Source: Candidatus Obscuribacteraceae bacterium (GTDB lineage Bacteria > Cyanobacteriota > Vampirovibrionia > Obscuribacterales > Obscuribacteraceae). Taken from it: a stretch of DNA of 64,000 bases. Below the pieces are notes generated by a model. It worked only from the letters and a program-made list of their open reading frames with translations. It did no database searches and was not told the DNA's origin. The stretch is from contig JBGAHS010000008.1 in NCBI GenBank assembly GCA_044226015.1, positions 1 to 64,000 of the forward strand, given 5' to 3'. Shown here in pieces: positions 49,042-56,677 of the stretch. Position numbers and translations under genes: made by a program. Each line of letters begins with the position of its first letter. Within the stretch, counting starts at the first letter, position 1.

Positions 49042-50010
49042 TCACTCTCGCTTCAAAACCGTATAGTCGAAATCGAACTTTATATCGATGTCTTCGTTTA
49101 CGCCCTCCGGCAGTGGAGGCAACGGACTGGAGGCACGAACAGCCGAGATTGCAGCTTGATCAGAGTCATCTGCGCCTGAAGAGCGAACGACTCTAACGTT
49201 TTCGATAGAGCCGTTTTGCTTTATGCGAAATTTGACCGTGCAGGTATGAGTTAGTGTGGTTTTAACAGGATGCCAGTTCTTCTTGATCAACTTCCAGACA
49301 AGTGCAAGATAATCAGAAACCAGTTGCTCGCCCTCAGTAGCAGCACCGCGCCCCGCCCCCTTCGCTAGTCCCGATCCAGCAGCCTCCCCCGAAGGCTCCA
49401 GCCCTGAAGCCCCAGAAACGCCATCAGCCGCTGCGCCACCGCCAGCAGTGGCTTCAACAGTACGGCTAGCTGAATTAGCAGCAAGCAGTTCTGCCGTTCT
49501 TTCAGTCGAAGATGAAGTTGGTTCTGACAGTTTCTCCGTCTCTAACTCAGACTTGAGCGATGATCGCAAAGCATCACGACATGGGACCGCGACACTATTT
49601 GCTTGATAAAGCTTGGTCCTGGTAGAGGTCCGTTTCTCATTTGCTCTTTCGACCTCTCGCGAAAGTGCTTTCACAACTATAGATTTGGCGGGTACTTTAT
49701 CTTTCGCTTTAGCAGAGATGGCAGCGCCTTGAGCTCCGGCGGTTAATAGCAAAACAGCTGGCTCAATAGGTTTTGGAGCTTCTGGCAAAAGAAGGATGGA
49801 AATGATTTGACGAGTCGACACATCATGAGCTCGACTGAGACAAATCACGCAAGCCAACCCTATACAGTGGAATGCAAATGAACTACACAACCAGACCCTC
49901 AATTGTGGAAAAGCGCTCGATAAAGCGAAGGACAATGCCCCAGAGCTTGAATTTGCATCAGGCGTAAGTTCTATTTCTGATAGTTCGCTACTTTGCATTT
50001 CGAAGGTCAA
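49042..50010 (-). CDS. TonB/TolA-family energy transducer
   Basis: TM with SxxxH (SFAFH), A/G-rich linker, C-domain IKKNW, FRIKQNGSI, SSG..DQAAISAV..PLPPLP. Confidence 0.8.
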   Translation of the reverse strand: MTFEMQSSELSEIELTPDANSSSGALSFALSSAFPQLRVWLCSSFAFHCIGLACVICLSRAHDVSTRQIISILLLPEAPKPIEPAVLLLTAGAQGAAISAKAKDKVPAKSIVVKALSREVERANEKRTSTRTKLYQANSVAVPCRDALRSSLKSELETEKLSEPTSSSTERTAELLAANSASRTVEATAGGGAAADGVSGASGLEPSGEAAGSGLAKGAGRGAATEGEQLVSDYLALVWKLIKKNWHPVKTTLTHTCTVKFRIKQNGSIENVRVVRSSGADDSDQAAISAVRASSPLPPLPEGVNEDIDIKFDFDYTVLKRE

Positions 50011-50039
50011 AATTAAGCACGATTATTAACTCAAGCTAA

Positions 50040-50068
50040 TTGAAAATGAAACTGGTTTTCATTATTAT
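50040..50068 (+). promoter_or_regulatory. Promoter with embedded Fur/Zur-like box
   Basis: TTGAAA-N17-TATTAT; imperfect 7-1-7 TGAAACT-G-GTTTTCA at 50047-50061 in the spacer. Confidence 0.6.
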
Positions 50069-50101
50069 GCTCAAAGTTCGCACTTACTAAACAGGTCATC
50101 T

Positions 50102-53100
50102 ATGAAATTCATGGGGATTCGGCTTGAAAGAGCTGGTACGTTTCTATTGACTGCCAACCTCGTTGCGACGACAGCCGCTTATGCACAAGATAGCTCTCAG
50201 AGCACGCCAGAGTTGCGCTCGGCACCAAAGACAGCAGACGAGAAAGCCCAAGAGTCAATCACACAGAAGACAAAGGCAGCTCCGCAAGCTCCCTCCACAC
50301 AAGCATCTCCCAATCCATCGCCAGACGCAGCACAATCTTCACAAGCAAGCCCGTCTCCGACAACAACTCAGTCTCCGGCTTCACCCCAAACTACGAAGCC
50401 GGGACTGGCTGTTGTAAGCGGAAGAATCATTGACGACAAAGACGGCAGAGTGATTGAAAATGCTCAGATCATTCTGACAAGACATGGAAAACAAGCCAAA
50501 GACGAGAAACGCGTCGAGGCAGTTTCCGGCGAAGAGGGAGAATTCACTCTTAGGGATCTTGAGCCTGGCAATTGGACTATGCGGGTTTCGGCTAAAGATA
50601 TGCTGTCACACAGCATGAAACTAGAGCTCAAGCCAGGAGAATCAAAAGCAGTTTCAGTCAAGCTTGAAGACCTGGAAAACGTCGACATTCTTCGAGTCAC
50701 AAAGAAAAGAACTCTAATTCACCCTGAAAAAATTGGAAGCGACACCAACCTAGACCACAAATTCATTTATCAATACAAGACAGGAAACGATTTGCGTGAC
50801 TTGATCACCAGCACACCTGGTGTATTGAATGACAGCTATGGAAACATCATAACACGCGGCGAACACAACTCAATTAACTACGAAATTGATGGAGTTGTTT
50901 TGCCGGAAGCTGCTGGTGTTTTACAACAATCTCAATTCGTAAGTCCGCGCTCCCTGCAAAACATGACGGTTAGCATCGGCGGTTATGAAGCCAGCGATGG
51001 TGGCGGACCACTCGGAGCAGTCGCACATATGAAGTCGTTGCCTATTTTGGCAAAGCCAAACTTCAATGTAGGTCACCAAATTGGTGGTCCTCTTGCAGGA
51101 ACAATTTATTACAACGGCAGCTCTGCACTCAGTCAGAATGAGAGCAGCATCTGGAATAGGGTTAGAATAGAGTCTTCTGGTGCATTCCAAGGAAGCTCTT
51201 ACCGCCTTGCACCACCTGTGAAAAACTACGTAAACAACAACTCATTTGATGTAAATTCTTTCTCGAAGCTTGAGTTCATGGCTACAGAGAAAAGTACTTT
51301 CAGATTGACAGCAGGTTTAAACGCAACAGTTACTCAAGTACCAACATCTACCGGAACTAGAGCAGCAGGATTCCACGCTTCAGAAACAGACGGTCAACAC
51401 TACGTCATAGCAAGCTACCTACGCAAAGGGGATAGGCTTTTTGACGAAATGAATTTGCATCTTTTGAATGGTTTCTACTATTCGAAATTCAAAACCAGCC
51501 TTGCTTTCGATCCCTACCCTAACTTCAACGCAGAACAGCCACTCCAATCAATTGCTACAACCGCCCACAGAACAAACTATGTTTTCTCTGCTCAAGGTAA
51601 TGTCGCAAAAACCTTGAAGAAAGAACATCATCTCAAAGCTGGTTTCCTGACAGAACTCAGACCAGTGCGCACCACCTACAATGCCTACTACTATAATGCC
51701 GATGCATTAGGCAGCATGCAACAGAAAGCTGATGCACAAGGGCAGATCCAACAAAATAATGCAGACATAGCCTCCACACAACAGAGTATTACTGAGACGA
51801 CATCACAAATTCAGAGCACAAACAATGAATTGAATTCAGCGATCGCAGCAGGCAACACGGCGCAAGCAGATGCTCTAAGCGCAACACTAGGCGAATTGCA
51901 AGAAACACTAGACGGCTTGACGGAGACTCTGACAGGACTTAACGACACAGCATCTACACTAAATCCCAATCCTTTTCCGTTCGGCGCTCTAATAAGTCCC
52001 TACAACGGCGAAATAAATGGCACACAATTCCTCGGCAACGTAGGACGCTATCACGGGTTCCGCTGGCTACAGAGTGCTTACGTTCAAGATAAATACACTC
52101 CACAGCAGAAATTCTGGAACAGACTAACACTCGATGGTGGCGTAAGATTTGACTTGCAACGAAGCATTTACGGCAACGCATTACCTCTTGCCACCCAAAT
52201 GGCGATGCAGCCAGGCGTGCAACAATTCAACCTGGCACCATTCCAGTCACAGCACGCTACAGACGCCCAGGCTAGTGGCCGATATGGTGGCACCTTCGTC
52301 GTTGCGAAAAACACTGTGATTCGAGGTTCATACAGTGACATTTTCACACCAACACCGGTCGACTACTTCCTTTTGCCAATCGATGTTACGGCAACCCCAA
52401 TTGGTGGAATCTACCCGGGAACACCACGACCATTGAGAGCAACAAGAGGACGATTGATTGATACCAGTATCGAAACACAGATTGGACCTCGCTTTTCGAC
52501 AAGAACAAACCTGTTCTGGAAGTACTTACAGAATTTCGGTGATTCAGGAGTCGTAGGAAATCTGCCTCTATACAACCGACTCACTAACGCCGCACAAAAT
52601 GCTTACGGTGTTGAAACCAGAATGGACCTTAAATCATCGCGAGATGGATACGGCTTCAACGGTTTCCTATCAAATACAATTCAGGTTGCCTATCTACGAA
52701 AACAAAAAGCAGTTTCTGGCGGATTCTACGATTTTCCAGATCCTTTAGAAGGCTCCCCGAAGTTCCCTGACCATGATCGTCGCATGTCAACTGTAGTGGG
52801 TGTTGGATACAAGAGCAAACAAAACTGGTGGATTCTATGGTCCATGCAAACACTCACGGGATTGCAGGACAGTCGCGATGTCGAGCTTTATGGAGCGCAC
52901 CATGCCCGGACACCTGTGTTCAACAACATGTCTATAAGCTGTGGCTATCAACCACCACAACGAGTGCTTCGCAAACACCCTTATATGCCCGCATCATTTG
53001 ACTGCAGAATTGAAAACGCAATGAATCAGAGAGTTCCGATCAACCTGGGCAGCCCATTTCAAGGCACGAGATTCAGCTTACCGATTCGCGTTCTTGCAGG

Positions 53101-53254
53101 ATTCGCCTGGCAACTGGGACCACAAGAAGCTCGATTGAGTTCAAAGCCAGCGCCTAATTCCATAAGAACACTCGCACCAGGACCTCAGCAACAACAGCCG
53201 ATGCCATCACCGATTTCTATGTCGCGCATGCGCAGCGCGAACCCAATGATTTAA
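50102..53254 (+). CDS. TonB-dependent receptor with N-terminal carboxypeptidase-regulatory-like domain
   Basis: Signal peptide, VSGRIID..G.W.MRVSA domain, plug TPGV..RG..YEIDGV, barrel motifs AYVQDK, LTLDGGVRFD, PDHDRR; divergent TonB gene. Confidence 0.82.
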   Translation: MKFMGIRLERAGTFLLTANLVATTAAYAQDSSQSTPELRSAPKTADEKAQESITQKTKAAPQAPSTQASPNPSPDAAQSSQASPSPTTTQSPASPQTTKPGLAVVSGRIIDDKDGRVIENAQIILTRHGKQAKDEKRVEAVSGEEGEFTLRDLEPGNWTMRVSAKDMLSHSMKLELKPGESKAVSVKLEDLENVDILRVTKKRTLIHPEKIGSDTNLDHKFIYQYKTGNDLRDLITSTPGVLNDSYGNIITRGEHNSINYEIDGVVLPEAAGVLQQSQFVSPRSLQNMTVSIGGYEASDGGGPLGAVAHMKSLPILAKPNFNVGHQIGGPLAGTIYYNGSSALSQNESSIWNRVRIESSGAFQGSSYRLAPPVKNYVNNNSFDVNSFSKLEFMATEKSTFRLTAGLNATVTQVPTSTGTRAAGFHASETDGQHYVIASYLRKGDRLFDEMNLHLLNGFYYSKFKTSLAFDPYPNFNAEQPLQSIATTAHRTNYVFSAQGNVAKTLKKEHHLKAGFLTELRPVRTTYNAYYYNADALGSMQQKADAQGQIQQNNADIASTQQSITETTSQIQSTNNELNSAIAAGNTAQADALSATLGELQETLDGLTETLTGLNDTASTLNPNPFPFGALISPYNGEINGTQFLGNVGRYHGFRWLQSAYVQDKYTPQQKFWNRLTLDGGVRFDLQRSIYGNALPLATQMAMQPGVQQFNLAPFQSQHATDAQASGRYGGTFVVAKNTVIRGSYSDIFTPTPVDYFLLPIDVTATPIGGIYPGTPRPLRATRGRLIDTSIETQIGPRFSTRTNLFWKYLQNFGDSGVVGNLPLYNRLTNAAQNAYGVETRMDLKSSRDGYGFNGFLSNTIQVAYLRKQKAVSGGFYDFPDPLEGSPKFPDHDRRMSTVVGVGYKSKQNWWILWSMQTLTGLQDSRDVELYGAHHARTPVFNNMSISCGYQPPQRVLRKHPYMPASFDCRIENAMNQRVPINLGSPFQGTRFSLPIRVLAGFAWQLGPQEARLSSKPAPNSIRTLAPGPQQQQPMPSPISMSRMRSANPMI

Positions 53255-53278
53255 ATCAATCTGTGCAGTTAGCCTCGT

Positions 53279-53713
53279 ATGACAAAGCCTTCAGATTATA
53301 AAAGCACCCGCTTAAACCGAGGCGCCCAAACGGTACTGTGGGCGCTGCAAGAAATGAAAAAGATTGCCAGTGCACAGGAAATATGTCATTGGATACGATT
53401 GAACAAACCTACACAGGCACCAGGTCTGACAACTGTGTATCGCGGAATTGAAGAATTACTTATGCAACAGCTGGTGCAAGCAGTCGATTTTGGTAGTGGC
53501 GAAAAATTCTACGAAGCAATAGAGCCAGGAAAACATCACCATCACTTAATTTGCACGTCTTGTCAAAGCAGCATTCATTTCGAGCATTGTGTTGTTGACT
53601 CACTTTCCGAGAAACTGCGGAAGCATTATGGATTCACGGTTCGCTCACATGTACTGGAAATCTTCGGACTCTGTGATTCTTGCTCGAGTAAGCAAATTCA
53701 AAATTACGAATGA
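53279..53713 (+). CDS. Fur-family regulator (Zur-like)
   Basis: GLTTVYR, HHHHLICTSC, HVLEIFGLCDSC. Confidence 0.9.
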   Translation: MTKPSDYKSTRLNRGAQTVLWALQEMKKIASAQEICHWIRLNKPTQAPGLTTVYRGIEELLMQQLVQAVDFGSGEKFYEAIEPGKHHHHLICTSCQSSIHFEHCVVDSLSEKLRKHYGFTVRSHVLEIFGLCDSCSSKQIQNYE

Positions 53714-53897
53714 GAGCCAAAGCTAGCGTCGGACCCAGCAAGCCAGTTCAGACACTTTAGCAATTTTGAAGCCTGGTCATTTGCATCGACTAATTACAAT
53801 GCTCTAATGAGCATTGTAATCCAGCATTGGCTTTTTCAATTTACAATGGCTGCGTGCATAAAGGTGAGTGCCGGCATTGCTCGGGGATGTCTATTTC

Positions 53898-54278
53898 GTG
53901 GAACGCAATACTCAACAACGCCGAGCAATTTTGAAGGTCTTCGAAAAAACGACCCGCCCCCTGAGTGTTCAGGAAGTGCTCGACCTGGCTAAAAGAAAGA
54001 GCCCTGGTATTGGTATTGCCACCATTTATCGAAATCTAAAGTCTTTACAAGAGGAAGGACTTCTCCAATTGGTGGAACTTCCGGGAGGCTCTTCAGTCTA
54101 CGAGTTGCCTTCGCTGGACCACCACCACCACTTTTCCTGTACAAAGTGCCTGAAAGTTTTTGATATAGATGCTTGCCAGGTCAACTTTCAAGCGCTCGTA
54201 CCAGCAGGATTTCAACTGCAACAACACGAAATTCTGCTGAGCGGACTTTGTGATAAATGCCTTCAAAAAAGTTCGTGA
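53898..54278 (+). CDS. Second Fur-family regulator
   Basis: RNTQQR, GIATIYRNL, HHHHFSCTKC, HEILLSGLCDKC; GTG at 53898 is the likelier start. Confidence 0.9.
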   Translation: MERNTQQRRAILKVFEKTTRPLSVQEVLDLAKRKSPGIGIATIYRNLKSLQEEGLLQLVELPGGSSVYELPSLDHHHHFSCTKCLKVFDIDACQVNFQALVPAGFQLQQHEILLSGLCDKCLQKSS

Positions 54279-54285
54279 GCAACAT

Positions 54286-54381
54286 TTACATTTGAGCCCC
54301 GAAGATTCTTGTCATAGCCAATATAGTTGTTTTGCCAGCGCCCAGAAATCCAGACAGGACTGTGACAGGTAGCTTGTTCAT
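54286..54381 (-). pseudogene. 5' remnant of a second COG0523 GTPase
   Basis: AGGAG then [31 protein letters not shown]; first 19 aa identical to the upstream gene, codons differ. Confidence 0.8.
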
Positions 54382-54389
54382 TTTTGCTC

Positions 54390-55322
54390 CTAGACAGATA
54401 AAGACTTGATCTCACCCTGTGAATCAATTTCACAGCTGTTCTCTTCCAGGACAAGACCATCATAAGGGTCTGGATATACGCCATCCCAGTCAGAGTTGAG
54501 AAACTCTCCTAGACGCTGAGGATGAAACGGAATTCGCGAGCGATAAACAAAACTACTTATTCCGTATTCTTCGGTTTCTGGAATGTGCTCACCTCTAAGC
54601 TCCCGCATCCAGCCAGGGGCCTCAGCAGCCCTCTTAAAATCAAACATATTGGTGTTCAAAATTTCGTTTAGTGGAACCTGCCCACGCTTACTCAATAGCA
54701 CTTTGGCTTCAGGATTCAAATGCTGAATGATGCCTTGAAGCTCTCTCAATTGCTCGCTATCAACCAGGTCGGTTTTATTCAAAATGATGACGTTAGCAAA
54801 TTCGATTTGATCGACAAGCAAGTCAGATATAGTGCGCTCATCTTCACTGTTAAGCTCTAGATTGCGAGATTTCAAATCTCCCCCATCAACATAATCTTTC
54901 AAGAAATTGAAGGAATCGACGACAGTAACCATAGTGTCAAGGCGCGCAAGCTCTGACAAACTCTTACCGTTTTCATCTTCGAATACAAACGTCTCTGCAA
55001 CAGGCAGCGGTTCGGAAATACCAGTTGATTCAACAAGCAGGTAATCAAATTTGTTTTCTTTGGCCAGGCGTTGAATTTCTACGAGAAGGTCTTCCCGAAG
55101 CGTACAGCAAATACAGCCGTTGGTCATCTCAACCAGCTTCTCTTCGGTGCGACTCAGACTGCTGCCTTGCTTGATGAGATGAGAATCAATGTTGACCTCA
55201 CTCATATCATTGACAATGACTGCAACTCTGAGCTTCTGCCTGTTGTTCAAAACTTGATTCAGAAGCGTTGTTTTTCCAGCACCAAGAAAACCGGATAAAA
55301 CAGTTACCGGAAGTTTATTCAT
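54390..55322 (-). pseudogene. COG0523 (ZigA/YciC/CobW-like) metallochaperone GTPase with apparent in-frame deletion in the C-terminal domain
   Basis: [39 protein letters not shown] intact; the expected R(S/A)KG..W part of CobW_C is missing. Confidence 0.7.
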
Positions 55323-55350
55323 TTAGAAAAGTCCTTATTCAGCCCTCAGT

Positions 55351-55518
55351 CTACGCCTTTGTTTCTCTAAAGGGCGCATGCATATTGCACCCGGGACAGA
55401 ATTTTCTGAGCAATAACCTGTCCGGATTATTCTTTTTGTTTTTGCTTGTGATGTAAAAGTGGTTGCATACATGTTCAGAGCAAGCCAGCTTGATAATCAC
55501 TCTGTTTCCTTTTTTCAT
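55351..55518 (-). CDS. rpmG: 50S ribosomal protein L33
   Basis: [61 protein letters not shown] before ATG 55518. Confidence 0.9.
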   Translation of the reverse strand: MKKGNRVIIKLACSEHVCNHFYITSKNKKNNPDRLLLRKFCPGCNMHAPFRETKA

Positions 55519-55577
55519 CAGCTCTCCAAAGCAGAGCTTCTGAGTCGGCCCAGAAGCTCTGCGTATCAACGGATCGT

Positions 55578-55612
55578 AATTGATAATACGTTATCATTAT
55601 CATTAACGTCAA
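55578..55612 (-). promoter_or_regulatory. Promoter with Fur/Zur-like box upstream of rpmG-COG0523
   Basis: Minus strand TTGACG-N18-TATTAT overlapped by AATGATAATGATAACGTATTATCAATT (GATAA repeats, TGATAA-N4-TTATCA). Confidence 0.65.
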
Positions 55613-55857
55613 GGTCTCTAAGATAGTACCCAAAGTACTTTTAATAAACGCCAGGTTTTCAAGTCAGCAAACTTTTACGAAGAGGGCAAGTCAAAGCTCT
55701 CTGTTCTTTTATTGAATATGAGAATAATGAAGGAGAAGGGAGTGTCGTTACTCCTGTCAAAAGCCACTTCATATGATCCGCATGGATAGCTGTGTCCTCG
55801 AATCCCAACCAGGGGGACCTCATTGTGAGACCTTCCTTGCAATGTTATGCTGCGCTT

Positions 55858-56613
55858 ATGAGTGCAAAACGACTGATTCCATTTCTCTTGCTGTCTATGC
55901 TGATGGGAGGCGCCTCTGCAGCAGCTCCTAGCGGAGAGAGAACACCAATTATTCAGTTTGACAAGAAAGAACATAGTTTCGGAGTCGTTGAAGAAGGTGT
56001 CGATATCAGCTGCTGCTTCAAAATTAAGAACGCTGGCAATGGGCTTTTACAGGTGTTTGAGGTGAAGTCTACTTGCGGCTGCACAATTCCAGTCATTTGC
56101 AAGAAGCTCATTCCTGCTGGTGAAAGCGTGGATCTAAAAGTTGTTGTTGATACCTCAATGAAGCAGGGTGATGTTTCAAAAGAAATCACGGTGCGTTCAA
56201 ATGATCCCAAGAATCCAATCAGCAAAATTTACGTAAGAGCTATGGTGACAGATCCGCACGCAGGACTGAATGGAAATCGTTCAGCAAAAATTTTCAGCGG
56301 CAAATGTGCGTCCTGTCATGTCGCTATGGGAGAAGGCAAGCTAGGCGAAGATCTCTATCTTGCAGACTGTGCAATGTGCCACGGCTTCTCCGCGAAGGGT
56401 GCTGTTGGTCCTGGCTTACTTCAAGTCAACTATAAAGACGCTGCTACACACAGATACATTCAAGAAATCATTGAAGCTGGCAGCCTTGTTCACAGATCAA
56501 TGCCTGGTTTTTTGAAAGAAAAGGGAGGTCCACTTTCAAAGGAACAAGTGAATTCGCTTATGACATACCTGCAGTGGCGGGCGGAAACAGAGGCTTCAGC
56601 GGTAAAAAAGTGA
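55858..56613 (+). CDS. Secreted DUF1573-like Ig domain fused to c-type cytochrome (two CxxCH)
   Basis: Signal peptide; HSFG, IKNAG..L, STCGCT, VRSNDP; CASCH and CAMCH; distal SMPGF. Start uncertain (55792-55858). Confidence 0.8.
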   Translation: MSAKRLIPFLLLSMLMGGASAAAPSGERTPIIQFDKKEHSFGVVEEGVDISCCFKIKNAGNGLLQVFEVKSTCGCTIPVICKKLIPAGESVDLKVVVDTSMKQGDVSKEITVRSNDPKNPISKIYVRAMVTDPHAGLNGNRSAKIFSGKCASCHVAMGEGKLGEDLYLADCAMCHGFSAKGAVGPGLLQVNYKDAATHRYIQEIIEAGSLVHRSMPGFLKEKGGPLSKEQVNSLMTYLQWRAETEASAVKK

Positions 56614-56677
56614 TTCCCAAAATCGCCCTCTCTTCAATTTTGAAGCAAGCGGAGACGGTCGATGCAAAACTGCAAAA

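Noticed and set aside
54263..54484. 73-aa ORF as a frameshifted continuation of COG0523
   Set aside because: Its translation shows no CobW_C motifs; the region is better explained by a deletion plus a second-paralog remnant in another frame.
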